Below are positions 1-10,775 of a stretch of DNA of 32,000 nt, piece after piece (the first letter of the stretch is position 1; each line of letters begins with the position of its first letter). This stretch comes from Planktothrix sp. GU0601_MAG3 (GTDB lineage Bacteria; Cyanobacteriota; Cyanobacteriia; Cyanobacteriales; Microcoleaceae), in assembly GCA_035193785.1 (NCBI GenBank), contig CP136572.1, positions 2,000,627 through 2,032,626 on the forward strand. The letters run 5' to 3'. The notes under the pieces were generated by a model that made no database searches, was not told the origin of the DNA, and saw nothing but the letters and a program-made list of their open reading frames with translations. Both the position numbers and the translations under genes were made by a program.

Positions 1-227
1 CGGAACATTTGATTTTAGGGTAGATTCTAGCACAAAAAATTAAAACCCCAACGGATATTCAGATAGAACAGGGAACGGAACAGGGAAATCCATGATTAAA
101 ATTGGGTTAGGGGCTTGGTGATCCTCCAGTGGTTTCTAATCCGTTAAAATCAGAGTATGCTTAAAAATATAATCTGGTTTGCGTCCCTATTGCTTTTTTT
201 GCATCTTACTTACTTTCCTTACTATAT

Positions 228-734
228 ATGCCAGTCAGGATTATATTAAGAGTTATTTTATTAAGAACTATTCGGCTTTTAATCTCTATTACTGTGGAAG
301 CCTGGATTTTTCAAAAAAGTTTCAATATCTCCCCAAAATTGAGTGTACAATATGCAATGGCCCTAAATTTGTTGGCAAGTGCCTGTGAATGGATGATTGT
401 TTTAAATGCAGAAGCAATATTACCATTGGAAACTCGAAAACAATTAATTGATTATTTGTTGGTAGAACAGCTTGATACAACCTCCTTTGTGATTTTTTTA
501 TTGACGGTTTTTAATTTTACTTTCCTACTATTAATTAAATGGGTAGGCTTGGAAACCCTCCGATTTTTATTGATTAAAGACTACACTCAAATCAGTAAAG
601 TATTTTCAGGAAATTCAGAAAATCAAATTAAAATATCCGAACAATACAAAGATTTTAGAGTAATATTAATAGCACATATTTTAAGTTATTTTGTGTTCTT
701 GGGATTGGTATTTACATTATTAATTTTCAAATAA
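228..734 (+). CDS. Small multi-pass membrane protein, FraC-like (filament-integrity operon position)
   Basis: 168-aa ORF with several hydrophobic segments. It is followed 1 nt later by a second membrane ORF and then an ABC-2 permease, the fraC-fraD-fraE order known from Anabaena. The assignment rests on architecture and synteny, not an alignment. Confidence 0.5.
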   Translation: MPVRIILRVILLRTIRLLISITVEAWIFQKSFNISPKLSVQYAMALNLLASACEWMIVLNAEAILPLETRKQLIDYLLVEQLDTTSFVIFLLTVFNFTFLLLIKWVGLETLRFLLIKDYTQISKVFSGNSENQIKISEQYKDFRVILIAHILSYFVFLGLVFTLLIFK

Positions 735-735
735 A

Positions 736-1311
736 ATGAAAAAACTAATTGATGTTTTAAATATTATCAAACCCTCTCATCCCCTAGAATGGAGAACGTT
801 TATATTGATCAGTATTGCCATTTGGACGGGATCTGTTTTTGTATCTAATAATGAAGATACTAGGAATTTTTTGGCACTTTTAAGTTTATTAATACTAACG
901 ATTGCTATTAGTATCCGAACCAATAAACCTCCGTTTATAATTGGGAGAATTTCCCTAAGTCCCTGGATTACTTCTGGCTTAATATGTCTAATTATATATC
1001 AAAATACAGAAATAAATCAACCTAATTTTGCCTTAAAATCTTGGCCAATCATCGCGGCTTGTTTAATCTTTATCCTGGAATTTATTCAAGATAAATTTAA
1101 AATCCAGTCTCCCCCGCCCTTGGTTCGTATGGGGTTTATTATTATTTTCCTAATTCACATTAATATTTACTGTTGGATAGAATTTTCCTTGCGCGTGGAA
1201 AATTGGGTACAAAAGGTTCCCGATATTCTTCCTACACCGGAGACTTTGCAGCCGGATTCTGCTAAAATTAACCCAGAGTTTCAATCCTATTTATTTCTGG
1301 GAATGAAATAG
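736..1311 (+). CDS. Multi-pass membrane protein in the FraD position
   Basis: 191-aa ORF starting 1 nt after the previous stop (tight coupling), with about 5 hydrophobic helices. It is shorter than Anabaena FraD, so identity is tentative. Confidence 0.45.
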   Translation: MKKLIDVLNIIKPSHPLEWRTFILISIAIWTGSVFVSNNEDTRNFLALLSLLILTIAISIRTNKPPFIIGRISLSPWITSGLICLIIYQNTEINQPNFALKSWPIIAACLIFILEFIQDKFKIQSPPPLVRMGFIIIFLIHINIYCWIEFSLRVENWVQKVPDILPTPETLQPDSAKINPEFQSYLFLGMK

Positions 1312-1371
1312 GAATAGGGATATTGCTTATTTTATGTCAAACCTTATAACAATAATAATTGGGAAATCAAT

Positions 1372-2146
1372 ATGAATTTCAACCGAATTTTTACCATTGC
1401 CAGTAACGTTTTTTTAGAAGTAGTTCGCGACCGCATTCTTTATATTATTGGTCTTTTCGCCTTATTTTTGATAGGTTCCATTCGTTTACTTCCTGAAGTT
1501 TCCGCCGGGTTAGAAAACAAAATAATCCTAGATTTTGGCATCGCCATGATTAGTTTATTTGGCCTACTAATTACAGTTTTTGTGAGTGCTAATTTGCTTA
1601 ACAAAGAAATTGATAAAAAAACGGTTTATCTCCTGGTTTCTAAACCCGTCAGTCCGGCGGAATTAATTATCGGAAAACACTTTGGTATCTCGGCTTTTAT
1701 TGCAGTTTTAATCTTGGTGATGACCCTGCTATTTTTTGGAATTCTTAGTTTCAATAAAATTTCCTACCCCTCCACCCCTCTCGGTATTGCTTTTATATTT
1801 ATGTGGCTACAACTCTCTTTAGTGGCGGCGGTTGGTATTTTATTAGGAGTCTTTACCAGTTTCCCTACTCGCAAGTTTATTAACCCTGGGAGTTTATGCA
1901 ATGGGAAGTTTAAGTCGTGACTTACTCGCCCTAGGAAAAATTAGCGAAAACCCCGCCTTAGAACAAATGATGAAAGCCACCTACATGATCTTACCCGATT
2001 TAGCGAGATTGGATTTAAAAAATGAAGCCGTTTATGGTTACTTACCCCCATCTTCAGTGTTAACGACTAATGGAATTTATGCTATCCTTTATATGGTTCT
2101 TCTATTATCCCTGTCCATTACGATTTTTTGGCAGAGAGAATTTTAG
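1372..2146 (+). CDS. ABC-2 type transporter permease (FraE/NosY-like), interrupted by a +1 frameshift
   Basis: ORFs 1372..1920 and 1901..2146 are two halves of one permease. Deleting one T in GTTTC at 1859..1863 gives the continuous sequence ...LLGVFTSSLLASLLTLGVYAMGSLSRDLL... Confidence 0.7.
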
Positions 2147-2177
2147 TTAAATTAGAGAATTAGGTTTAATTTCAACC

Positions 2178-3002
2178 ATGATAGCCCGAGAAAAACTACA
2201 ACAACTTCAAGCCCTATTTCAAGAAATGGAACGGGCATTAATCGCTTATTCTGGAGGAATAGATAGCACTTTGGTGGCTAAAATTGCTTATGATGTATTA
2301 GGAGAACAATCTTTAGCCGTAACCGCCGTTTCTCCCTCCCTATTACCCGAAGACTTAGAAGATGCTCGCATTCAAGCCGCCGAAATTGGGATTCAACACC
2401 AAGAAATTCAAACCCAAGAAATGGCTAATTCTAATTATACATCAAACCCAATTAATCGTTGCTATTTTTGCAAAAGTGAACTCCATGATAGCCTCAAACC
2501 CCTGGCTCAAAGCTGGGGTTATCCCTATATTGTTGATGGCGTGAATAGTGATGATTTACGCGACTATCGCCCAGGAATTCAAGCGGCAAAAGAACGAGGA
2601 GTTCGTTCACCTTTAGCGGAATTAGGGATTAGCAAAACTGAAGTCAGAGAAATTTCTAAATATCTCGGTTTAAAAGCTTGGGATAAACCCGCTCAACCCT
2701 GTTTAAGCTCCAGGTTTCCCTATGGAGAAGAAATTACAATTTCTAAATTACAACGGGTGGGTAGAGCGGAAGTATATTTGAGAAAATTAGGCTGGAAAAA
2801 TCTGCGAGTTCGTTCCGAGGGAGATACCGCCCGCATCGAATTATCCCCAGAGGAAATTAAAGACTTTGTATTGATGATTGAACTTCCCAAATTAGTACAA
2901 TCTTTCCAAGAATTTGGGTTTATTTATGTTACTTTAGACTTGGAGGGATATCGAAGCGGAAAACTCAATCAAGTCTTGCCTTCAGAATTAATTAGTACCT
3001 AA
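2178..3002 (+). CDS. larE: LarE-family ATP-dependent sulfur transferase (PP-loop ATP pyrophosphatase, TIGR00268-like)
   Basis: Contains the PP-loop SGGIDS, then RCYFCK, DYRPG, CLSSRFPYG and the C-terminal ARIEL...YVTLDLEGYRSGKLN, colinear with LarE. Confidence 0.85.
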   Translation: MIAREKLQQLQALFQEMERALIAYSGGIDSTLVAKIAYDVLGEQSLAVTAVSPSLLPEDLEDARIQAAEIGIQHQEIQTQEMANSNYTSNPINRCYFCKSELHDSLKPLAQSWGYPYIVDGVNSDDLRDYRPGIQAAKERGVRSPLAELGISKTEVREISKYLGLKAWDKPAQPCLSSRFPYGEEITISKLQRVGRAEVYLRKLGWKNLRVRSEGDTARIELSPEEIKDFVLMIELPKLVQSFQEFGFIYVTLDLEGYRSGKLNQVLPSELIST

Positions 3003-3125
3003 ATACCCTCTACTTTTGTGAACCATAAACCCCAATTATTAACCCGATAAAAGAGGTAAAATGATAGAGCATTGTGTGATTCAGATTGTCAAATCTCCAT
3101 TCATTGGAGATTAGGAGTGAAAAAT

Positions 3126-4641
3126 ATGGATATGGCCAATAGTTTCAACAAAAACATCGGAGATAAAAAGCATTTATTGAGTCAATTTAAACTCAGAACT
3201 CAGATGCTTTTTGGTTATGCAATTCCCGTTTTTATGTTTGCGGGTTCTACCTATATTGTTTATAGTAATGCCAATAAGGTATTTGAGGCATTTAATCAGG
3301 TAGAAAATGTCCAAAAAAGTATTATTGAAGTGGATAAAATGGCATTAGCGGGGAGTAATATGGTCGCCAATAGTCGGGGTTATATTATTTCTGAAGAATC
3401 GCAATTTTTAGAGTTATATCAACAAAGTTGGCAGAGTTTCCAGGAAGCTAGTAATACTCTGGATAATACGATTACTGTTCTCGAACAAAGACAACGATTT
3501 GAACAAATGAAAGAAATTGCAAAAAACTATAATCAATATCAAAATCAGTTAGCTAGTTTGTTGGGACAGGGAAAGAGAAAAGAAGCTTTAGAGCTTTTTA
3601 AAACTGGTATAGGTAGTAAACTTCTTTTAGATTTTTTAACCCTTAATTCTGACTTTAACAAGACAGAAATCACAAGACTGAATACAGAAAATCTTCAAGC
3701 TAGAAACACGCTACAAAATGCAATAAACTTATTGGTTTTGGGTTCCATTGTTTCCGCGTTAACCGCTTTTATTATTGCTTGGTTAATTTCTTCCTTAGTG
3801 AGCCGTAAAATTACTCAAGCCATTGATGCCATTGATAATTCTTCCTTAGAAATTAATATTGCCGTTGACCAACAGGAAAAAATCACCAGCAGTCAAGCGA
3901 GTTCGGTGAATGAAACGACTCGCACGATGGATGAATTAGAATTTTCGGCAACACAAGCCAGTGAAACAGGCGGAAACTTCAACATCAGGAGCCAGACAGG
4001 TTTTAAGCCTAGCAGAAAATGGTAATGAATTAGTTAAGCAAACTTTGCTAGAAATGAACCAAATGAAAGAAAAAGTTGAGGCTATCGCGGAACAAATTTT
4101 ACGCCTGAGTGAACAAACTAATCAAATTGGGAATATCTCCCAATTAGTAGGTGATTTAGCCAACCAAACCAATATGTTAGCACTCAATGCCGCCGTGGAA
4201 GCCGTCCGAGCCGGAGAATATGGAAAAGGGTTTTCGGTCGTGGCTTCAGAAATTAGAAAATTAGCCGATGAAAGTCAAAAATCCGCCCATCAAATTAATA
4301 ATTTAGTAATGGGAATTAAACAATCTAATAATTCGACCGGAGTAGTCACCGAAGCTGGAATTAAAAGTGTGGTAAATACCCTGGATTTAGCCCAAAAAAC
4401 CGCTTCTGCTTTTAACGATATGTCCATAGAACTGAGTAATATTGTTCAGAGTTCTCAGCAAATTTCATTAAATTCTAAACAGCAAGCCGTAGCAATTCAA
4501 CAGGTCGTTGTGGCGATGAATAATCTTAATAAAAATGCTCGGGATAGTAGTCTGGGTATGGGTCAAATTAAGCTCGGAATTCAAAAACTCAGTGATGCTG
4601 CTTTTGATTTAAAAGATATTGTCCAAGAAACATCAAAATAA
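3126..4641 (+). CDS. Methyl-accepting chemotaxis protein with an N-terminal CHASE3-like sensor, interrupted by a +1 frameshift
   Basis: ATG at 3126 is preceded by AGGAG. There is a TM helix, a periplasmic helical sensor, a second TM, then the MCP signalling hairpin ([40 protein letters not shown]). ORFs 3072..4025 and 3961..4641 join if one A is removed from GAAAC at 3963..3967 (or 3973..3977). Confidence 0.85.
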
Positions 4642-4690
4642 TCAGTCATCAGTTATCAGTTATCATTTATCAGTCATCAGTTATCAGTTA
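4642..4690 (+). repeat. Heptamer (STRR-like) tandem array, ATCAGTY x7
   Basis: Direct reading: atcagtc atcagtt atcagtt atcattt atcagtc atcagtt atcagtt, immediately after the MCP stop codon. Confidence 0.85.
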
Positions 4691-4740
4691 AAGAGTTAAA
4701 AATAAGTCACAGTTTTTTCAATTCGTAAAAATCTTAGCAG

Positions 4741-4790
4741 CCTGTTCTTTATTCCCTATTCCCTATTCCCTGTTCCCTATTCCCTTCCAT
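4741..4790 (+). repeat. Heptamer array TTCCCTA/TTCCCTG (reverse complement of GGGAATA)
   Basis: Reads cctgttctttattccctattccctattccctgttccctattccc, upstream of the hydrolase start. Confidence 0.75.
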
Positions 4791-4801
4791 AACCAAAAAA
4801 T

Positions 4802-6509
4802 ATGATTATTAAAGAAACAACTTCTCTAATTACCCGGGATGGAATTAGACTGGATGCGGATATTTATCGACCTGATACGGAGGAAAAATTACCCGTTTTA
4901 TTAATGCGACAACCCTATGGGAAAGCGATCGCTTCTACCGTTGTTTATGCCCATCCAAAATGGTATGCTAAACAGGGGTATATTGTAGTAATTCAAGATG
5001 TGAGAGGTCGGGGAACCTCGGAGGGCGAATTTAAACTTTTTACTAATGAAATAGAGGACGGGTTAGATACTATTAATTGGGTTGCTAATCTTCCCAATAG
5101 TAACGGTCAGGTGGGAATGTATGGATTTTCCTATCAAGGATTAACTCAAGTTTATGCTGCTTCCGGTCGCCCAAAAGCATTAAAAACTATTTGTCCGGCG
5201 ATGATGAGTCATAATTTATATGGGGATTGGGCCTATGAAGGGGGGGCTTTTTGTTTATATGCTAACTTAGGATGGGCGATTCAAATTTCCGCCGAAACAG
5301 CCCGATTAAAAGGGGATAAAATAGCCTATAATTCTCTGTATCAAGCCTCTCGAAATTTACCCTTTTTTGATTCTATTCCTGCTAGTCCAGATGTGTTGAA
5401 AATCTACGATTCAGATTCATTTTATCACGAATGGTTAGCCCATGATAAACCCGATGAATATTGGCAAAATCTATCTCCTAAATTAGATGATTTAGACTTA
5501 CCAATGCTGCATATTGGGGGATGGTTTGATACCTATTTAAGAGGAAACAATTAATTTTTATCAAGAAATGGTCAAGCGTAGTTGCTCCCCCCAATATTTA
5601 ATTGTTGGCCCCTGGGCGCATCTTCCCTGGGGGAGAAAGGTTGGGTCTGTGAATTATGGGTTGACCGCATCTAGCTTTATTGATAGCCTCCAAATTCAAT
5701 GGTTTGATACCTTTTTAAAAGGCAAAGAAAATACAATTTTTAATCAAAATCAGGTTTGTTTGTTTGAGATGGGAAGTCAAGAATGGCGGCAATTTAAACA
5801 ATGGCCTTCATCGCCCTCCCAGATTTATTATTTATCAACTAATGGGTTGGCAAATTTGCGAGAAGATGGGGGAATTTTGACGCCAATTTGTCCTGACAAT
5901 TCCCAAGAAGATGTCTTTGTTAATGACCCTTGGCGTCCGGTTCCCGCCCTCGGAGGTCACGCCATGTATCCCACGGGTTCCTTTGACCGTTCTACCTTAG
6001 ATTGTCGCAGTGATATTGTTACTTATACCTCGGAACCCTTGAGTCAAGATTTACATTTAGTGGGGGATTTAGCAGTAGAAATTTATTGTACAGCAGACAA
6101 ACCGACCTTTGATTTATCTGCGGTTTTATCAGAAGTTAAACCCGATGGAACTGTCTATAATTTTAGTCAAGGGTATCAACGATTTACTTCTGTTAAATCT
6201 AACACAAATAATGATTTTAGTCAAGATAAAAATATAAATTATTATCAAATTAAATTGCAGCCTACTTGTATTAAAATTCCTCAAAACCATTGTTTACGTT
6301 TAAGTATTAGTGGGGCTTGTTTTCCAGCTTATCCTGTTAACTCAGGAACGGAAAAACCCCTCAATCAAACCCATTTAATGGAGCAGGAAATTATCACGTT
6401 AACGATTCATTCTGGGGGTAATTTCCCCTCAAAAATTATACAGGGAACAGGGAACAGGCTGCGTCGTGAGCCTGTCGAACGAGAACAGGGAATAGGGAAT
6501 AGGGAATAG
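4802..6509 (+). CDS. CocE/NonD-family hydrolase (S15 X-Pro dipeptidyl-peptidase fold), interrupted by a +1 frameshift
   Basis: The N-terminus (DGIRLDADIYRP...PVLLMRQPYGK) and GMYGFSYQG nucleophile elbow are typical of CocE/NonD. ORFs 4802..5554 and 5568..6509 join as ...GWFDTYLRGTINFYQEMVKRS...GPWAH when one A is removed from GAAAC at 5544..5548. The C-terminal tail runs into a repeat array. Confidence 0.85.
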
Positions 6510-6572
6510 AGAATAGAGAATAGGCTGCGTCGTGAGCCTGTAGAACGAGAACCGGGAACCGGATTATCAAAT
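6430..6572 (+). repeat. Composite repeat: GGGAACA/GGGAATA/GAGAATA heptamers plus two copies of a ~31-bp unit (aggctgcgtcgtgagcctgtMgaacgagaac)
   Basis: The unit is seen at about 6456..6486 and 6523..6553, each with a small AGGCT...AGCCT hairpin. Heptamers lie between and around the units. Confidence 0.8.
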
Positions 6573-6612
6573 CTTCCCTTACAAGGTTAATCTTAAAGTT
6601 CCAATTTTCCCA

Positions 6613-8879
6613 TTACGAAGGGGGGTTAGGGGGGTCAACTTTTAACAGCTTAATATTTTGATAAAGTTGATTCAGATATTTTTCAACCTCTGGAGGTTTA
6701 GCCGTAAACTCCACATAAAAAGCTCCCGGGTTCGCCGATTTTTCTAGGACTTTTGCATAAATATCATCACTCCATTGTTCTGATTCTAATTTAATATTAA
6801 GTTTTAAATTAGCCAACGCCCCAGGAATAATATTATTATTCGCCTCCATAACAATTAAACCTCTTTTTTCCGATAATTCCACCAAATTCCCCATTAAAAT
6901 ACTATCGCTGATATGTTTTCCTTCTAAAATAAAATATTGTAATAAAATGGGAGTAGGCATCGGATAAAAATGCTGTTCCTGTTTAGAAATAAACAGATTA
7001 TAGCTTCCGGCAATTCCCCCCACTTCATAAATAGTAATCGGCTTTTTAACTCCCTTGGGTTGAACTAATTTTTGATTTTCAATCTTAATTAAATTCCGAC
7101 CCGCTTGATTTAAGGTCATTTCAGAAACCAAGATTTGTCCAGCCGTTGTATAGGATTCAATCCGATAGGTTAAATTAACTTGACTTCCTACAACCCCATA
7201 TTTTGTGCGTTTTTCTGAACCAATATTTCCCACCACAACTTCCCCCGTATTAATCCCAATTCCCATGTCTAAAGGAGATAAATTCCACGTTTGTAATTGT
7301 TTCATTCACCTTCTCCATGGCTAATTGCATAGCTACCGCACAAGCAATCGCCCTTTGAGCATCATCTTCTCGCAAGGTAGGAGCACCAAATAAGACTAAA
7401 ATTCCATCCCCCATAAACTCATCAATAGTTCCTTGATAGAGAGTAATTACATCAGCCATGCAGGATAAATAAAAGTTTAAAATTTTAACCACTTCTTCCG
7501 GTTGTAAACGTTCTGAAAGGGCTGTAAATCCGCGTAAATCCGAGGTTAAAATGGTGATTTTTCGGCGTTCTCCCCCCAGTTTTAAACCTTCGGGTTTTTC
7601 TAATAAATTAGAAACAATTTCAGCACTCAAATAACGTCCAAAAATATTCCTAATATCCGAAGCCGAACGGGCAATATAAGCAGTAATGGCAATGGCCGAA
7701 CCCGCCAAAGCTAAAAAGGGAGGAACCACCGGAATCCACCATCCTTGGATAAAGAAAAGATAGGTACTTCCCAGTAAAATTCCCGTCGCTAAGATGAAAA
7801 TTGAAAACTGTCGAATAATTAATAATCGGACTGTAGCCGATGCTCTAAATTTCCAGGTTAAAATTGCTCCGGTTCCCGACCAAATAAATATCCAAATCCA
7901 TTCTAAAGTATCGGGTAACGTCTTAATTAACGGACGACTATCTAAGGCCGCACTAATAATTTGACTGGCAATATGAGCATGAACTTCTACCCCCGCCATC
8001 CGTTGATTAGCTGATAATGTATAGGGAGTAGACATTAAATCTTTGAAACTTTCCCCGACGGAACCGATTAAAATAATTCGATTTTCCCCCCAATCTTTAG
8101 GGAGTTTATCGGTTAAAATATCCCGAAAAGAAACAATCTCAAAACTGCGATTATATCCCCGATAATTTAAAAATATTTGATATCCTCCAGCATCAGCCCG
8201 CACATAGCCGCCATCATTTTTAGTCAAGGGTTGAAAAATAGTGTCTTTGAATTTCCACCAATTATTAGTTTCTGGAACAATTTCCGGTGAAATCCCTTGA
8301 GCGTCCAAATAAAACATGGCTAAAAATAAACCCAAACTGTAAATTGGTTGTTTTTGATCATTTTTAACCACTAATAACGCCCGTCGAATAATATTATCTT
8401 CATCTAAAATTAAATCATTGGCTGCTACTCGATTTTTTTCTTTTAAAATTGGAGGGGCGGCAACGGATTCTAAGGATTTATCCCCTACAACTTTTTCAAT
8501 TCCCAGTAAATTAGGAGTTTCTGCCAAGATTTTAATTAACTGTTCGTGACCGGGTTCAAAGGGTAAATCTCGATAAATGTCTAAGCCAATAACCGTAGGT
8601 TTCATGGCGACCAATTTCTCGATTAATTGAGCATAAATTTGGTCAGGGACATAACCTTGACCAATATATTTCATATCGGCTTCATCTAACCCTACAATTG
8701 CAATCCTTTTATCCCTAGGTTTCCGGGGGACGTAGACGCATATATTGGTCATAAACTGCCCATTCCCAGGACTGTAAAATCCCAGAAAAACGCAGTAGAA
8801 TTACTAAACCTGCCATGACTGGGGTTGTAATCCAAACACCACGCCACTCCCACACTAATTGTCTGGTTTTTGCCCTCAT
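6613..8879 (-). CDS. CHASE2 sensor-domain class III adenylate/guanylate cyclase with an extra C-terminal domain, interrupted by two +1 frameshifts
   Basis: The true N-terminus [53 protein letters not shown] starts at the ATG at 8879 and is too short for the ORF track. It joins [16 protein letters not shown]... after removing one base in GTTTC at 8719..8723. The CHASE2 region, 3 TM helices and cyclase core ([12 protein letters not shown]...[13 protein letters not shown]) join ...[33 protein letters not shown] after removing one base in GTTTC at 7299..7303. Confidence 0.85.
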
Positions 8880-8912
8880 AGAGCCTATTTTTAGAATATA
8901 TGCTTTACCTTA

Positions 8913-9686
8913 CTAGGGTTTAGATTGATAATCAGAATTACTCAACGTTGTTTCTGGCGCAAAGGGAGCTTCTACAATTTGTTGGTTAATTTTAATAGAA
9001 GTGAGAAACTCTTTCCATAATTCCGGTTCAACGTTTCGCAATTGAGCCATGATCATTAAGGTATCTTGCCAGAGGTTTTCTCGAGCATAAAGTTCAGCTT
9101 TTTTTAAGGGACTTTGAGCTTTTTCTATTTCATTTTTGAATGTAGGATTGAGTTCATTTCGCTGAATAGAAACCTTCAAAGTATCAATAAATTCTTGTTC
9201 CTCCGTTCCACAGGTAATCGAAAACATCCATTGATATTGACTTCCGGTTTCTAAGGTGACGGTTTCAGGGAGTTGAATCTGTACAATACTTGGTTTTAAA
9301 GGAAGTTGCACGACCGTCGTGTAAACATCTTTGCCCTGTTGATTAATCAGAACAAATTCACCCGTTTTTACCTTAGATTCAGGCACATAAACAAAAAATG
9401 TGGGACGAGCAGAAACCGTTGAGGTCTTCCGACTGGGGACTAAGGCGGTCATTTTTGTATTTCCTATACCACACTCACTGGCGGAAATGGTTTCACCCCC
9501 TCGGGTTCCTCCTCCAGCCGTACTCACTGGCCCATCTCCATCGGGTGTGGGGGGAAATTGCAAACTGATTTGCATGGGGGTATTGACAGGATTGTTCACC
9601 AGTGGAGCCATAGTCGCGAGACTCGCAGCAGTCGGTAATAGAATGCCCAAAATCAGACTGGAAAAACCAACAGACTTGATAACCAT
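8913..9686 (-). CDS. DUF928-family secreted protein
   Basis: Probable start is the ATG at 9686 (MVIKSVGFSSLILGILLPTAASLA signal peptide, AGAGG about 10 nt upstream); the longest ORF extends to 9779. DUF928 hallmarks are present: FFVYVPE..., LP...LETGSQYQWMFSITCG, ELYARENLWQDTLMIMAQLR. Confidence 0.75.
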   Translation of the reverse strand: MVIKSVGFSSLILGILLPTAASLATMAPLVNNPVNTPMQISLQFPPTPDGDGPVSTAGGGTRGGETISASECGIGNTKMTALVPSRKTSTVSARPTFFVYVPESKVKTGEFVLINQQGKDVYTTVVQLPLKPSIVQIQLPETVTLETGSQYQWMFSITCGTEEQEFIDTLKVSIQRNELNPTFKNEIEKAQSPLKKAELYARENLWQDTLMIMAQLRNVEPELWKEFLTSIKINQQIVEAPFAPETTLSNSDYQSKP

Positions 9687-9881
9687 GAGATTATGCCTCT
9701 TTAAATATCCATTGTAATGATCCCTAAGATGCACTATCGGGATCAAAAAATCTATATCCTTTTTTTTGCGAGTTTCCACACCAAATCAGTAGATGACGGG
9801 GACTTACTCCTCCGAGACTGTTTAATCACTTCAGAAGTTGCCAAAAGGCTATTTTTTTAAGAAGATTTATATAATATTTTG

Positions 9882-10383
9882 GAGTCTAAAATTCTAAATA
9901 TCCCCACCGTTTGGGCTAAGTTTGTCGAAGCCTACAATAATAGAGTCTAAAATTCTAAATATCCCCACCGTTCGGGCTGAGTTTGTCGAAGCCTACAATA
10001 ATAGAGTCTAAAATTCTAAATATCCTCACCGTTCGGGCTGAGTTTGTCGAAGCCTACAATAATAGAGTCTAAAATTCTAAATATCCTCACCGTTCGGGCT
10101 GAGTTTGTCGAAGCCTACAATAATAGAGTCTAAAATTCTAAATATCCCCACCGTTCGGGCTGAGTTTGTCGAAGCCTTCAATAATAGAGTCTAAAATTCT
10201 AAATATCCCCACCGTTCGGGCTGAGTTTGTCGAAGCCTACAATAATAGAGTCTAAAATTCTAAATATCCCCACCGTTCGGGCTGAGTTTGTCGAAGCCTA
10301 CAATAATAGAGTCTAAAATTCTAAATATCCCCACCGTTCGGGCTGAGTTTGTCGAAGCCTTCAATAATAGAGTCTAAAATTCC
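9882..10383 (+). repeat. Tandem array of a 61-bp unit, 8 full copies plus a 14-bp partial
   Basis: The unit gagtctaaaattctaaatatccccaccgttcgggctgagtttgtcgaagcctacaataata starts at 9882, 9943, 10004, 10065, 10126, 10187, 10248, 10309 and 10370 (partial). Copies differ only by a few SNPs (ccccacc/cctcacc, cctaca/ccttca). Confidence 0.95.
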
Positions 10384-10403
10384 CATCTTTGAGGACTAAA
10401 ATC

Positions 10404-10775
10404 ATGTCATTTTGGGTTTATATCCTCCGTTGTGCAGACGGTAGCTATTACACGGGACATACTGACAATCTTGACCAGCGATTTGCTGAACATACAACTG
10501 GAGCTATAGCATCCTGCTACACCTATCAGCGTCGCCCTGTAGAATTAGTCTTTTCTCAGGAATTTGCAACCAGGGAAGAGGCGTTGGCTTCGGAGCGTCA
10601 AATTAAGGGGTGGAGCCGGAAGAAGAAGGAAGCTATGATGCTTGGAGATTGGGCTGAGGTGTCACGTCTGGCTCGCTCTTACTCTGCTCAAATCCCAAAT
10701 CACAACGTTCAGACTTCGATAAACTCAGGCCAAATGTCCTTCGACAAGCTCAGGACGAACGGGGAGGATATTTGA
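10404..10775 (+). CDS. GIY-YIG nuclease family protein (UPF0213/COG2827 type)
   Basis: ATG at 10404 lies 8 nt after GAGGA. It encodes FWVYILRCADGSYYTGHTDNLDQRFAEH...RRPVELVFSQEFATREEALASERQIKGWSRKKKEAM. The last ~20 codons (..SFDKLRTNGEDI) are translated from repeat copies. Confidence 0.85.
   Translation: MSFWVYILRCADGSYYTGHTDNLDQRFAEHTTGAIASCYTYQRRPVELVFSQEFATREEALASERQIKGWSRKKKEAMMLGDWAEVSRLARSYSAQIPNHNVQTSINSGQMSFDKLRTNGEDI

Noticed and set aside
179-388. 69-aa ORF overlapping the start of the FraC-like gene
   Set aside because: It is an alternative frame with a TTG start. The 228..734 frame gives a coherent polytopic membrane protein, while this frame ends after 69 aa.
9400-9717. 105-aa + strand ORF
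   Set aside because: It is antisense to the DUF928 gene. It has low complexity, is Pro/Gly rich, and has no start context.
9882-10383. Regularly spaced 61-bp repeats that could be mistaken for a CRISPR array
   Set aside because: The whole 61-bp unit repeats head-to-tail with only a few SNPs, so there are no unique spacers. No cas genes are nearby. It is a tandem (minisatellite-like) repeat.
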